Source: the human T2T-CHM13v2.0 reference genome, Homo sapiens
DNA: 64,000 nucleotides
Assembly: GCF_009914755.1 (NCBI RefSeq)
Contig: NC_060925.1
Direction: 5' to 3' (one strand)
A program made the translations under genes and the position numbers. The first letter of the stretch is position 1. Each line of letters begins with the position of its first letter. The notes beneath the pieces are model-generated. The model saw only the letters and a list, made by a program, of their open reading frames with translations, searched no databases and was not told where the DNA came from. Shown piece after piece: positions 37,379 through 52,060 of this stretch.

Positions 37379-40300
37379 CGTTCACTGTGCTGGGCACTCC
37401 ATGAGTGATTTTAATCTGAAAGTTATATCCTTCAGTTATGGGAAATTTTCCCTTTACCATTTCTTTAAAAATGTTTTCTCCCTTTTCTCTGTTTTCTCTT
37501 TCTGGATTTTGATTATTCAGATGTTTGACCTCTGGACTAATCTAGTGCTACTGTTTATCTCTGGTTTTCAATCAGAATCTCTCTCTCTTTCTCCATCTCT
37601 CTCATTTCTCTTTTTCTTTAACTTTCTGAGTGACTTTTGTGAAAAAAACATTGTAAAGTTTCCATTGAATTTCTAAGTTTTGCTATCAAATCTTTAACCT
37701 GTTTTTGAACATATACCCCTTTTAAGTTTCCCTTTTCCATTTCACAGGTGCAATATCTTCTATCACTTTGAGAATATTATTTATAAGTTTTGCTGGCATT
37801 TTCTTTTGCCCTTGTACTCTCTTTTCTCCCAGTGCCTTTTCTCTGTTAATGTGTCTTATTCCTTGTCTTTGACTTTAGAGGTGTTCTTCAGAAGGCAGGT
37901 GATCCTTAGCTACTCATACTTATTTTGGTATGAGTCACATAAAAATTAATTAGAAGCTCTAGTTCATGCATGAACCTCATGGTCTTCCAACCTTCTCTGT
38001 ATTCAGCCATGTTTTGTTAGGAGACCCCCAGATGTGGATATCTGTAGGTATTGTCTCCTGGGCTGGTCAGTTTCCCCAAGAGGAATCTTATGTCAGCCAT
38101 ATGTATGTCTGGATGTACAAGCCTGACTCACAGTAAAGCATGTGGATTTCACTTAATCCCACTTTCAGAATCAAAAGTCTCAACCATCTTCTGAGCTACT
38201 GTTGGTATCTCCAAATCCAGAGCCTCTCTAATTTACCTTCTGCAGAGAGTAAGCCTCCTTTCTTCTACTTGGGTGAACAGGTACCATTGCTGGATAGTAC
38301 AGGCTTGGGGTATAACTGCTCTTTATGAAGACTTTTTACAAATCCTGTGGTTTTCTGTCCGCCCCCACATTCTGGCTTTCAAAGATATCTGATGTTTCTG
38401 ATTCCTAAGCCCTGCTGAGGCTTGAGGTGCACATTGGCTTGCTTCTTTTTCATTTTTCCACTTTCTAGCTTTGATTTCAGGGTTCTAAACTCTGCCAAGT
38501 CAGTTACCGCTCATCCAACTGCTTCTCAACTTCCCCAAAGCATGTGGATCGCTCTCACCGTCTGCCATTTCTTCTTCCATTCTCATTGTAATTATGAGTG
38601 TTTGCCTTTTGTATTCTTTCCCTGTCACTTTTGTTGGGATTAAGGTGAAGGCAGTGTATAGCCTCTTCAGATTTTTTTTTTTTTCAGCTAGCAATATGCA
38701 TTTTAGGTTCCTCTGTGCTTCTATGCATTCACCTACTGAAGGACATCTTGGTTGCTTCCACGTTTTGGCAATTATGAATAAAGATACTGTAAACACCCAT
38801 GTGCCATATGCAGGTTTCTGTGTGGACATAAACTTTTAACTTATTTGGGTAAATACCAAGGAGTGAGATTGCAGGATCATCCGGTAAGAGTATGTCCAGG
38901 CTTTTGTTGTTGTTGTTGTTGTTCTTGTTTTGTTAAGAAACCACCAAACCCTCTTCCAAAGTGGCTGTACCATTTTGCATTCTCACCAGCAGTGAACGTT
39001 GCTCTACATCCTCACTAGCATTTGGTGTTGTCAGTGTTTTGGATTTTAGCTGTTCTAATAGTATAATAATATTTTTAATGTCCTTGTCTCCTAATTCTAT
39101 AATCTCTGTCAGTTCTCAGTCTAAGTTGATTGGTTTTTTTCCTTATTATGGGCTATATCTTCTTGCCTTTATACATGCCTGAAAATTTTTTATTCATTAC
39201 AGAAATTGTAAATTTTACCTTATTGGGTACACAATATTTTTGTATTTCTATAAATATTCTTGAGCTTTGTTAGGGATGTAGTTAAGTTTGATCCTTTGGG
39301 TCTCTTAAGCTTTGTTAGATAGGACCAGAACTGCATTTCATTGTGGACTAATTTTCCCCCACTATTGAGGGAAGACCCTTTTGAGTACTCTATCTGATGC
39401 CCCATGAATGATAAAGTTTTATACTCTGGCTGGTAGGAATAGGACCAATTCCTGGCTCTGTGGACTGTTCTCTCTAATCCTTTAGGGTGCTTCTTTTCCC
39501 AACCTTGAGTAGGTTCCTTACCTTTATGCATGGATCAGGATTCAGCTGAAGAGTCCAGGGAGACCCCCTGCAGACCTCTGGGGCTTCCTCTCAGTGGTGC
39601 TCTCTCCTCTCTGGTACTCTGCCCTGCACCCTCTAGAGGCCTTGATCTCCCCAGATTCCTAGCTCCATCTCTGAAACTGACATCCTCTTGGCTTCTTCCT
39701 TCCTATCTCAGGGGCCTGGAAACTCTCTCCAGCCAGTAAACGGAGGCAGTCACAGGGCTCACCTCCTTTGCTTCCCATCTCTCCGGAATTGCTGCCTTTC
39801 ATTGCCTGATGTCCAATGTTGTTCAATATTTTGTCTTGTTTTTAATTTTTTCAGCCAAGGAAATAAAAATGGTTTCCTTTATTTCAACTTGGCTGGAGAT
39901 GGAAGTCTAAAGATTTCTTTTGAATTAAACTAATTCATTAATAAAGACAAATCTTTATTACTGTAGTGTTCAGAACAGATAGACTCCACAGCAGCTGTGG
40001 TCATGATAAAAATAAAATCTAGCAAGCACAACCCTTTGGTCTGTGGTTTGGGTAAGCTGTGACGGAGCCACCAGGAGGCTCGTGTTCTCTGGCCACTCCC
40101 TCCCTAGACTGGGACCTGCAATGGTAGCAGTCAGTGAATCCATAGTGGAGGCTGGGTCTGATTTCCTGGAAGGCCAGAGGCCAGTCTCTGTCTTTGGGAA
40201 GTAGAGCAAGGGCGTAGGATGGTGGGTGAAGATGAAACCATTGGAAAAGTGATTATGATATCATGCTGTTTTTCTTATTAAAAAGTTCCATCTAACCATT

Positions 40301-40609
40301 TGGAAAAAGGAATATTCCTAAGTAGGGGATTTATGTTGGCAACTTGAGAAAGACCATGTAACTGGATGACTCCCTGGACCTTCATCTCTTATCTCCTGTG
40401 GCCTTCTGGTGCTATCCTGCTGTTATCCTGCAGCTCAGGGGGTACAAGTCTCTGGGCCAGCTTGTTTCTCACATACCCAAAGATGAGCCCTTTGATCATA
40501 AGCACTTCAAAAATTTTACCTTCATGATAGAATTCTTTCCAAAACGTGTTGCATACTTTCCTGCCTTGGTAAGAATAATAAAATGGCAATACTACTACCA
40601 CTAATAATG

Positions 40610-40770
40610 AATGCTTATTGAGTTTGGCACTGTTTAAAGTGCTTTGTGTGTGTTAATTCATTTAATCCTTACAACAGCCCTGTGAAGTGGGTACAAGTAT
40701 TCTCACCATTTTGTAGATGAGGAAACATACACAAGGAGATTAGGAATTTATCCAAGGCATACAGAGCACA
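40610..40770. mobile_element. MIR fossil
   Basis: tcatttaatccttacaacagccctgtgaagt..ccattttgtagatgaggaaac. Confidence 0.7.
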
Positions 40771-42417
40771 CAGCACAATTTTATCTATTCTTGGCCCCCT
40801 AGAGATATCACTAGGATCATCAAATATTGGACTGTGGCCATGAATGCAGACATGAACGTGGATGGGCCTACAAGTTTGAGTACGAAACTGAGGCCCCTCG
40901 AAGTTAGGTTCCTTGTGAGCCCATTGAGGACTTTGTCGGAGCAGCACTTGTTCTACATGAAAGCCTGCAGAGAAGCAACTCTGGAGGTGTCTCCTAGAAA
41001 ATAAGAGTCACAGGAGATTGATGAGGACAGGGAAGAGTGGAGAACTGGAAACAACGTGGTTGGGGGAGGCATGGTGGTGGGGGACATTAAAGGTGCACAG
41101 ATGGCAGCCACAGTGGGCTTCCCTGAGCATGAAGCAGTATGATTGCAGTTGATTCTTCCATAGATTGAATGGGGCCATTCAGACTTGGGCTCACCTGTAT
41201 TGACGGTGACCCTGACAGTTACCTAACCTTGCCATGGGTTAACTAACACACTGATAAAATAGAGAAAATAGTACTTAAAATTTAGGTATGACTGGCTTGG
41301 ATTGGCTCAAATATGTATATAAAGTGCTTAGCAGAATGTCCGGAATGTAGTAATAACTCAGTGAATGGTCTTAGCTGTTTTTAATAATGAAGCTCTGGAG
41401 TGAGGCCAAGAGGAACAGTTGCCTTTGGTTACATAATCCATCTTGTCCATGACTTTGAATTTAGTCTCAGGGGCACAATGGGCAGGTTTCTCTGGAGGAT
41501 GCTGGTTCCCTGAGAGGTGAGAAGCTGGGCTAGTAAGCTTGGACCCATGTTCCCACCCCACTGGGCAGCCTTACTGGGCATGGCCCTTTCCGTTCTGGCT
41601 CCCTGGGACTTGGCTCACTGAGTTTGGCTCTGGGCAGAGTCGTATGACTGGTCCTCACTGCACCCAGCTTGCTCTGGCGGGTATCAGGTGGCCTGCAGCT
41701 TGAAGAACTCCTATGTCAGCAGCTCTGGAAGCCAGCAGCTCTGAGGGAGAGACCAGAGGTCTTGAGCTGGAGACACCCAGAGGCCCAGTGGCAGACTAGT
41801 CTAGAACAGGGACATCAGACCTGGCAGCACATGGCTCAGCCCCGTGGAGTACAGACTGCAGTGGCTTCAGCTGGCCCCCAGGCCCCTTCTCCTCTGGCCC
41901 AGATATGAACCACGCCCTGTACAGACCGGAGGACTTTACCTCCTAGGAGCCGCAGCTTCCTACAGAAGACCAGTGGGTGTGCCAGCGATGTTAGAATGGG
42001 TCCACGTGCCCCAGGAAGGCAGCCTTTTCCGCAGCACAGAAGTGGGAGAGCATAGCTGGAAGGAATGGAGGACAGCGGAGCAGAACTCAGGACCAGAGGG
42101 AGGCCTGAAGGAAGTTGTCTTAGTGTAGTCTGGTATAGAAAACTTTTTTAAAAAGAAAAGTAATTTTAGTATTTTCAAATCCTGTATCTAATATTTAAGG
42201 GAGAATTGATGCCCTAGGAATTTTCGACATTTTTCTTTTTCACATCAAAACCCATTCTCTAAATGAAATTGCTGGTGGAAGCCGAATGAGGGGAGCAGGT
42301 TGAAGCAGGGCAGCTGTGCTGTGGCTGATGCAGGCGCCCGGAGTCCTGCCCCCGCTGCGTGTGGCTCCGTCAGGAAGCCCGAGGCCCACCGCTACAGAAA
42401 CAAGGGCCATGCTTTGA

Positions 42418-42907
<490 letters not shown>

Positions 42908-43886
42908 AGAATGAACATTTTAAAAAGTAACTTTTGAATTAATGAGATAAGATTTACGCTTCATTTTTTTTTTTTCGTATTACCACCCAGTTTGCCAAAT
43001 GAACCATTGCCAGTACTTGAGAAATCTCAAGAGCCCCCACTGCATCATTCTTGTCTTCCCCAGAGGGTACTGCTATCCTGACCTTTGTGGTACTCTTTTT
43101 TTTTTTCTTTTCCTAATAGGTGTATCACCTGTGTATGTATCTCTAAGCACTATAGTTTAGTTCTGCCTGTTTTTAAGCTATATAGAAATGAAATCCTAAT
43201 TTCATTCTTGTAGAAGTTGCTTCTTTCATTTAGCAGGATGTTTGTACGATTTAGCCGTGTTATTGAATATCTACTTGCAACTGATTTTGAGTGTATCATT
43301 TCCATGTCTTTGGGAAAGTCATTTAACTTTTTTGAACCTAGGTTGCCTCATCAGAACTCCAAATTCCTCTCTTACTGGAGAAGAGAGAAGATAAATGTAA
43401 CACAAGGGTCACAAATCACTACTGGGGATGGGAGAAAAGAGAAGTAGACACTTATCTATGACTACTGACTCCCTTTTCACTGAACTCAAACAGAGAAATG
43501 AACATATTTGTGAACAATAGGAGGTTGGGCACTATGCTATGCAGTCTTTCTCTGTGTTAATTGATTAAATTAAGTAATTAAACAAATATTAATTGAGTGC
43601 TACTATTGTGCTAAGCATTAGTGATATAAAGATGAACAAGACCTAATCCCTCAAGGAGCTCCAGTTTCAATGAGAGAGAGAAAGAGAGAGAGAGAGAGAG
43701 GCAGTAAGTAAATGCTTCTTATTCCATACGGTAGAGCAGTAGGGGTTGTAATGGGGGTTTACGCACACTGCCTAATTAGCCCACGGTGAAAAGTGGCCAA
43801 TTAGACCTTCAGCACCGTGCAAGGTGATGCAGAAGGGGTGGCATTTGCATGGTGTTTTGAAGGCCAAGGAAAAGAAAGTAGAGAAG

Positions 43887-44206
43887 GGGGACATGGATGA
43901 AGCTGGAAACCATCGTTCTGAGCAAACTATCGCAAGGATAGAAAACCAAACACCGCATGTTCTCACTCATAGATGGGAGTTGAACAATGAGAACACTTGG
44001 ACACAAGGTGGGGAACATCACACACTGGAGCCCGTCATGGGGTGGGGGGAGAGGGGAGGGATAGCATTAGGAGATATACCTAATGTAAATGATGAGTTAA
44101 TGGGTGCAGCAAACCAACATGGCACATGTGTACATATGTAACAAACCTGCACGTTGTGCACATGTGCCCTAGAACTTAAAGTATAATAATAAAAAAAAAA
44201 AAAAAA
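43887..44206 (+). mobile_element. 5'-truncated primate L1 3' end (L1PA4/5-like)
   Basis: gggacatggatgaagctggaaacc...gaacttaaagtataataat plus poly(A); perfect 18-bp TSD gaaaagaaagtagagaag at 43869-43886 and 44207-44224. Confidence 0.95.
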
Positions 44207-44254
44207 GAAAAGAAAGTAGAGAAGAGAAGCTATGTCAGTCCAGGAAAGAGCATG

Positions 44255-44805
44255 TGTATATTTGTAATCTATTGCTGTGTAACAAATTACCCCCAAACTT
44301 AGCAGCTTAAAACAACAAACGTTTATTACCTCACACTTCTGTGGGCCAGGCATTTAGAAGCAGCTTAGCTGGTAGACCTGGCCAGGATGTCCCCTGAGAT
44401 TGCTACTGAGAAGTTGTCTGGACCTGCAGCCATCTGAAGGCTTGACTGAAGCTGGAAAATCTGCTTCTAAGCACTCTCCTGGGGCGATGGGCAAAAGCCT
44501 CTGTTCCTTGACGGCTGTTGGCCAGAGGCCTCAGCTCCTCATCACATGGGCCTCTCTGGAGGCTTCTTGGGTATCTGTGTGATGTGTCAGCCAGCTTTCC
44601 ATAGAGTGCATGATGAGAGAGAAAATAAGCAGGAAGCCACAATGCCTTTTATGCCTTGGTCTCTGAAGTTGCTGTCATTTCCGCATTATTCCATGTTAGA
44701 AGGTAGTCCTAAAGTCAGCCCACACTGGAGGGAAAGGGAATCGGGCTCCACCTCATGAGGGGAAGAGTACTAAAGCATTTGCAGTCACATCTTAATTCTA
44801 CCACC
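44255..44805. mobile_element. MLT1-family solo LTR (MaLR)
   Basis: ctattgctgtgtaacaaattaccccc aaacttagcagcttaaaacaacaa...catctgaaggcttgactg...ctaccac. Confidence 0.8.
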
Positions 44806-45953
44806 GAGTACATGAGGTATGGATGTTGCTGGCATGTGTAGAGGAAAGTGAGATGCCCGTTGTGGCTAGAATGGGTTAGTGTGGAATAGTTGGAGTAAAG
44901 GGGTGCCCAGAAATGAGACTTGAACTGGAGGCTGGGCCCTATGGTCAGAGCCTGGCATCCCAGGCTGCAGAGCTTGGGCTGCAGCTTGTTTCTCCAGGTG
45001 TACTCAGGCTCGAAGCACCCTGGGGCTGGGAGTGCCCTGCCTCTTAGTGGTATACTTAGTACTTTGCTGGGAGCTCAGCACCATGACTGGACATACTACC
45101 CAGAGGCAATGGGGCCACACAGGCTGGTTCCCTAAGAGATTCAGCCCCAGAGGAACTGTGAGGCCTCAAAGCTAATGGTGCTGGGCCACTCTGTGAGCTG
45201 ACGGTCTCTCCTCAAATAGCCGCCAGCCGGGCCCAGTTGTACCCTGATGGAGTGGCACAGCCAGAGCTGCCCACCCTCCTCTGCCAGAGCCATCTCACAT
45301 CTTAGAGGGGAGCAGAGTGCTGACCTGCCCCCACCAACACTCTTCACATCAGGGGTTCTGATAAGCCTGGTGGAAAATTTCAGCCACTCTTTTCAGGAAG
45401 ATGTACACACATAACTTGTGCATTTGTGAGCCTGTTGGGGCTTTTCTAACCCCTCTTAGACCATCTAGGCACCTCTCCCCTACCACTCCTCCAGACCTCC
45501 CCCAGCTACAGGTTAAGAGATTTGCTGCTGTGCTGTGACTCCTCCATCCCAGACTCTCCTAGTGGGTGGGTTGGCAGGGGCAGGGGGTGGATGGGAAGAG
45601 ACAGCTGGGCACTCCCCGTTTGAGTCCTCAATAAGATTGTCTCAGTAAGCTTTCTCCAAGTCCTTACTCTCTGGCTTTGGAAAGTTTCAAGCCTTTCCTA
45701 AGATTTTCCCGTTGTGGACACCTTTATGGTCACCTCCAACTCTAAACTCCTGATTCCACAGAACTAATTCAGTTCATGGGTTACCCTGAATCCCCTGTGC
45801 TACTCCTGTTCTGTGCCCCCATGGTCCCAGAGCCCAGAACCCCAATTTAGCTTCTTACATAATTCCACAAAACACCCTAAATTGTACGAGACATGGTGTT
45901 AATTATAGATGTGACTGTAAGTCTGTAGGAGGAGAGATTTATGTCATAGCATT

Positions 45954-46090
45954 CAGCGTTGCCAGATAACACCCAGGATACCCGGTTAAATTCAAATTCC
46001 AGATAAACAATGGATAATTTTTTTCATTGTATGTCTCTCCCTGCCTCCAACCCCCCATCCCTGAATTTTTTCCTAAATCTGGCAGCCCTA
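45954..46090. mobile_element. MER53-like fossil with an internal deletion
   Basis: TIR-like ends gttgccaga / tctggcagcccta; gttaaattcaaattccagataaacaa. Confidence 0.6.
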
Positions 46091-46987
46091 ACAGCAATGC
46101 CAACAACCTTAAATTGCACGTTAGACATCCCTGGTCCTTGGTCTGCCCTCCATTGGGGATTTTTCATGGGCCATGGCCCCTCTGTCGTTCCCAGTGCCCC
46201 GCATCTCATTGGCTCTCTGCTCCCCCTCTCTGGTTTCCCTTCGCTCCGGTTCCTCTTTTGTCCTAGTGCAGGTTAGCTTGCATATCTTGCATATCCAAAA
46301 CCATCCTGGCTCTGAGCACAACAAAAGGGCCTTTCATTCACCCAGATCTGCTCTCCTTCCAAGGTAGCTCCCTCTCTTACATAAATATCATATGATAAGA
46401 CTCTTAAAGCAGGCCACCATGGTGACAGCAAGGCCTTGCCTTCCCCTCAGGATGGTCACACAGCTCCCTTGCAGGCTGTGATGTTCCTGGTAGAGGAGGT
46501 ATGTGAGGCTGAACTATTCACACATTCAGTGCATAGTTATTGCATCGTATACTTAATAGGCCCTGGGTATAAAATGATGAATACAATGAGGTGTGGGGCA
46601 TTGAGTGGTGAGTGAGACCTCAGGGCAGGGAGCCACAAGATCCTGTAGCTGGTTCAGGGTGGAGGGATACTTAGTGAGCTATGAGATCCCATAGGAAGGG
46701 TCAATCTCAGAGGGCTTCTTGGAGGGAGTGTCATTTCAGGCAGTCCAGGATGGATAAAAGGGACTTCACAGGCCAAGAAAAGGGGACAGATACTCATTCT
46801 AAGCAGAGAAAATATAGGTACAGGGAGTGAGAGAGAAGTTGGCATGGTGGGAAATGTACAGGTAAGGCCAGTAAGATGAGGCGGTCCTGAGGTTTGTGCT
46901 GAGGTTGGTGCACATCTGTTTGTTATATGCCCCTGCTTACAGCAGAAAGAGCTCACCTCCTTTTGTTCACACGTAAGTGACAGCAAG

Positions 46988-47555
46988 TGTATTTATTTCC
47001 TGTTGTCCTGTAACAAATTAGCACAAACTCAGCACTTTTAAGCAACATGCATTTATTATCTCATATATTCTGAGAGTCAGGAATCAGAGCACAGCTTAGC
47101 TGGGTTCTCTGCTTCAGGGTCGCTTTCAAGGCTGCAGTCAAGGTGTTGGTCAAGGCTGGGCTCTCATCTGAGGCTCGACTGTGGAAGAATCCACTTCCAA
47201 GCTCACTGATGTGGTTGCTAGTGGAATTCACTTCTTTGCAGATTGTTAGACTGAGGGCCAACACTGTCTGTCAACTGGAGACCACTCTCAGTTCCTCGCA
47301 CATGGAGCCCTCTGAAGTGGCACTTGCTTCATTGAAGGATGCAAGCCAAGAAGGCAATAGAGAGAGTCTTTCAGTAAGATTGAAATTATAATTCATGTAA
47401 TATAATTACGGAAATGACATCCTACCACCTTTGCAGTGTTCTTTTGGTTAAAAGCAAGTCATAGGTCCTGCCCACAGTCAACAGAGAGACAGACAAAGGG
47501 ACCTACATGCCAGGAGGCAGGGAGCATTGAGAGCCATCTTAGAATCTGTCCACCA
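46988..47555. mobile_element. MLT1-family (MLT1E-like) solo LTR
   Basis: tgtaacaaattagcacaaact..atttattatctca..gcttagctgggttctctgcttcagggtc..gccatcttagaatctg. Confidence 0.8.
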
Positions 47556-50500
47556 GGTTAAGCAACCGTGAGTTGTGTGAATATGTGATGGGGCATGGCT
47601 GGCAGTGATGGGTCCCTTTGGGGAGGGAAGTGCCATATTGGTGAGAGAGAGGGGCAGGGAGACCTACCCAGGACAGATTTGTGCAAACCCACATGCTGGT
47701 CTCATTGGGTTAGGGAGAGCTGGCCTTCTCTTAGCCACCCCTGCACAGAGATGACATTCTTTCTCTGGAAGAAGGCCTGATGCCTCTGAGTTGGCTTCCT
47801 GTTATGACAGGCCATGATGAATGGGCATAGGCCCCTTCATCCTAGTTTCACCCCTGGGGCCCTGTATACCTTGCCAAGGAGGTTGATAGGACATGAATTA
47901 GGGTAGTAGCCATAGGGATGGGAAAGAAAGACTGAAAAAGGATTTAGAAAGTAATATTGGATGACATATGACAGATTAGATGTGGAAGAAATGATGTGTA
48001 GGGAGAGGCGTGGGAATACGTTTCTGCAGTGGGAAATTTGGTAGACGGTGATGTCATTAACCAAGAGAAGAAAACATGGATAGAAGGTCTGGGGTCTTTG
48101 GTCATGCTGATTTCCAGAAGAGGATGCAGATAATTACCAGTATAGTTTCAGAGCTCCAGACCAGGAGGCCGGCTAGGGATGGACAACTGGGAATCACAGT
48201 GAGGAGATGGTAACTGGAGCCTCCTCTGTGGTGTAAAGCACCCAAGCAAGCAAGAGTCAGCCAGGACAGATTCCTTGAGGAGCATCTATCCAGGAAGAAT
48301 TAGCAAAGGTGGAAAAACCGGAGAAGGCTGAGGAGTGGACAGAGAGGCGGGTGGAGAACCAGGACAATGCAATGTCCTAGGAGCCAGGGGAGGAGCGGTT
48401 GGCAGCATCAAGTCCTGTACAGACAGGCGAATGGATGCCGCACATCACTGTGACTTTGTAGAGTCAGGTGCAGGGAGCAGAGGAGACAAAGCCCTATCCC
48501 AGGGGGCTGAAGAGTAAATGGGAGACAATTTAAAGAAAAGGGACTAAGGCTTAGCAGGCAAAAGTGTGAAATTGGAGTGCTGGCTCCACAGGTTGCCAGC
48601 TGAGCGGCATCTAGGCAGGCCCTGGCCTCTTGGAAGAAGAGGGCACACAGCACCCCTCCTAGGGCTGTTGTGAGGTGTAGTGAGGTTGTGCCTGCCTGTG
48701 ACAGCACAGGAGGAACAGCACAGAGCTCATCTCTACTTCTGCTCCTGCTCCCGCCAGTGTCTTCTTGAAAAATGGTCTTTTAAAACTATTGCCCTCCCCA
48801 GCTTACATGTTCCCTCAGTGTGTGGGATAACATTCACATTCCCTGCACGAGTTGGCCTCTACTTATCTCCCCATCCTCACACCCTCGCTCCTGTCCTCCT
48901 TGAACATGTGAAGCTCTTTCAAACCTCGGAGCCCTTCCCTGCAGAGTTTCCCCTGCGTGGGCCTTTCTTCCGACTTAGTTGTTGTCAGTCACCCTTCTGG
49001 GAAGTGATGGCTTAAATGTCATTTCCTAAATAATTCCTCTGGCTCCTGACCTGAGTTAGGCTTCCTGGCATCTTCTCCAGCACCTGGCACAGTTCCAGAT
49101 GCATAGCAGGAATGCAAACAAATGCTCGTCCATGAATAAAGGAGAATACCAGCAACTGGCTGTGTGACCTTGGGCAAGTCACTTCACCTCTCTGTGCTTT
49201 AGAGTTTCCTCCTCTGTAGTAGGAAGTAGGACTATGTATCTCTAAGATCTCTTTCGGCTCTGGCAATCTTTGGCTCTTTAATGCTAGTGTCTGTACAGGT
49301 TTCTCATAAGGCTTCACGGAATAATGCAAGTGAGAGCCTTGTTGAATTGAAGGGGGAGGGGGAGGAGGCTAGGGAGCTTGGCAGAGGCAGCGGAGTACCC
49401 ACAACGAGGCCCACTCACCCACTCATTTCCTCAGCCACCCACGGGGCCTGCAGTCCCCACGTGTAGCCTGATAGGCAGGGACTAGGGGACAGCCAGAATC
49501 AAAACCACAGCCTCCCGTTTTTAGTGTGTGGGCTTCAATTCGATGAGCTAGGGAGGAGACTTCTGGAGAAAAAATACTCTGTAGGGTCACATACACCCAG
49601 ACAGTGTGGACACCTGCTACACACACATACCAATATGTGCATTTACAACTAATTACATACAAAGGAAAGCACACACACACCCAGAGGTGCACAAGCACAC
49701 GGTCAATGCCCTGCAGAGCCCACCTGCAGCTCCCTGAGCCCAGGACAGCTCTGTTACCCTCTGAGTCTCTGGGTCAATCTTTACCCTTGCCCTCTGGGTC
49801 TTCCCTCTCTCAACAAACCCTGAGGCTGGGCACTGAGGCCTAGGGGATTCAGTGATTTTACTGATAAGGCTGAAAACAGGCAGGAAGGGAGGGTAACTTA
49901 CAGTGCTCTCCGGATGTTACAGTATTTGCATTTCCACAGTCTATGTGTCTGAAAAAAACTGGGTTTAGTCTAGAAACTTGGTGGTACGCAGGTGTAGCTT
50001 TCAAGAGAACTGGGAAACAATGCTGTATGGAGATGGTAACCACTTGTGAGCTGGGTCAGTTTCACTATTTACTATACAGGCTGGCCATGATCTCATTGAA
50101 CTCTCAGAAGTGCCTTCTGCACAGATAATTTATAGATGATGAAACTGAGACTTGGACATGTAAAGTAATTTGCCCAAGGCATGCAATTTGTAATTGGCAG
50201 ATCTGGGACTCAGGGAGTAGGCTTCTGATTCCAAAGACAAGTGCTCTTACCACCCCTACCAGCTCAGCCTCTTGCCTCTGGTGTGTGCCCCTGCCCCCTC
50301 CCGCCTCTGGGCTCCACATTCTGGCTGCTGACTCCCTCACACATGGCCTGGTGGAGCCCCTACCCATGCTGAGTGGGGCTGGGAAAATGGTGAATTTTCT
50401 AGAAAATTGTGAAAGCGCTGCCTACGAGAATGGCTGCCTGGGACACTCCAGCTGCAGGCCCTGGGGCAGTGCCCGTTTGGAAGGTGCAGAGTTTTCTGGA

Positions 50501-50679
50501 GATAAGCAAACATGAGTCAGGAGAAAGCGACAAACAGCTCACCCCTGCAGATTGGCTGCCAGGACGTGAGATGATCATGCAACGTCAAGCTAACAGCCTC
50601 AAATCTTTTTGAAATCGAGTGCCCAGTTGACAGTTAAATCAGTCCGGAGACACAACTTCTCTCCCTCTCAAAACATATA

Positions 50680-50727
50680 CACACACGCGCACACGCGTGC
50701 ACACACACACGCACACACACACACACT
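50680..50727. repeat. (CA)/(CG) alternating purine-pyrimidine microsatellite
   Basis: cacacacgcgcacacgcgtgcacacacacacgcacacacac... Confidence 0.85.
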
Positions 50728-51872
50728 TGATGTGGATTGTGGGACCAGAGCATTCAGGACTTTACAGCTCTAAAGGACCTTCGAGCTCATTGAGCTCTTG
50801 ACCACCTTAATGTCAAGAATCGCCCAAAGTACCCATTTAAAAGACAAATTCTAACCTCAGCCCATTCCAGGTCTCCAGAATTCTAAGGGAATCTCTAAAA
50901 ATCTTCTCAAGAAGCTGGATGTTTTACCAGGTTCCTGAGAGATTCTCATCACATCAGAGTTTGTTCCTTCAGGGTTTTGGAACACTGAATCTAGACTAAC
51001 CCCTTCATTTTATAAGCAACATTTTAGTGATCTACAACATTTGTGTGAGCTGCGCAAAGCCACACAGCAAGTTGGCAGCAGGGCAAACGTGGATTCCCAG
51101 CACCGGGCCTCTCTGTCACACCACTCTTCTGACCACATAGAAAAGGAAGGATGGAAGGAAATCAGAGTTACTGAGCGCCTGCCATGGGTTGGGGCATGCT
51201 GGACAATTCAGTAGTAAGAGCAAAGGGAACCCCCTGGGTGCCAAGTGCTGTGCAGGGCACTTTTCCTGCTTTTGGAATTTAATACTTATAGTAGCTCTTG
51301 GCTGGGAATGGTTACCCTCCTCACGTGCGAGATGAGGCAATGGGCACACAGGGGCTGGGCACTTCTCAGGACCCAGAGGCCCCAAGAGCTAGAGGCAGAA
51401 TTTGAAGCTGGACCTCAGCTGGAACCTTGAGAGCCCAGGCTCTGAAGCACTGTGCTGCGTCAGCTCTCAGAGACGCACTTGATTCTGTTGCTGATTTCAT
51501 CAAAAGCTCACAGAAACCTTGTGATGTAGGCGGCGTCTTGTAGAGTTGAAGAAGCCAAAGCCCGGGGTGACAACAAAACCTGCCCAAGATCACACAGCCA
51601 GCAAACCATGAAGGCAGATTCAGCCCGGGTCTATCTTGTGTCAAACCCACACACTCCTCACCACATGTGGCGGTTTCGGAAGCTCCTTCCTGGGGCTCCA
51701 ACTACAGACTACCTCTTCTGACAGTCTCACCCCCGCTGTCCCAGCTCGAACCTTCACCCTCTTTGGGCAGTCTGCATCTGGGGGCCCCCTCACACCCAAG
51801 TGCTACTGTGTTTACACTTCTGTTTGTTCCTGAATTCTCTTCTGACCCTCAACTGCTTTGAAGTTCTACAGC

Positions 51873-52060
51873 CAGGCTCTGCACAGTTTTTGAAAAGCGG
51901 AAGACAGTAAATCTTGCAGGCTCTGGGGTCCAGACCATCTCTGTTGCGACCACTCAGCTCTGCCCTTGCAGTGTGTTTAGTTCAGCCATAGACAATTCGT
52001 GAATGCGTGAGCATGGTTCAGTACAGCTTTAGTTCATGAGCTGTTGTTTGCCCATTCCGA
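51873..52060. mobile_element. MER58A-like fossil
   Basis: agacagtaaatcttgcaggct..tctctgttgcgaccactcagctctgcc..cagccatagacaat. Confidence 0.65.

Larger units (their letters stand above)
35235..39910 (-). mobile_element. Old L1M fossil(s) hosting the VDAC2 retrocopy and a VNTR; includes a younger L1 3' fragment at ~38660-39060
   Basis: L1 antisense sequence at 35235-35377 resumes at 37011 (cttcattgtcttttagcttctagtattgctgttgagaagtctgatgcc); ORF 38500-38829 shows the L1 ORF2 tail motif LFIIAKTWKQPRCPS. Confidence 0.65.

Noticed and set aside
37013-37676. Cys/Val-rich and His/Thr-rich ORFs; possible CRISPR-like periodicity
   Set aside because: Translations of a TG-rich simple repeat; no constant repeat with unique spacers, and the context is eukaryotic.
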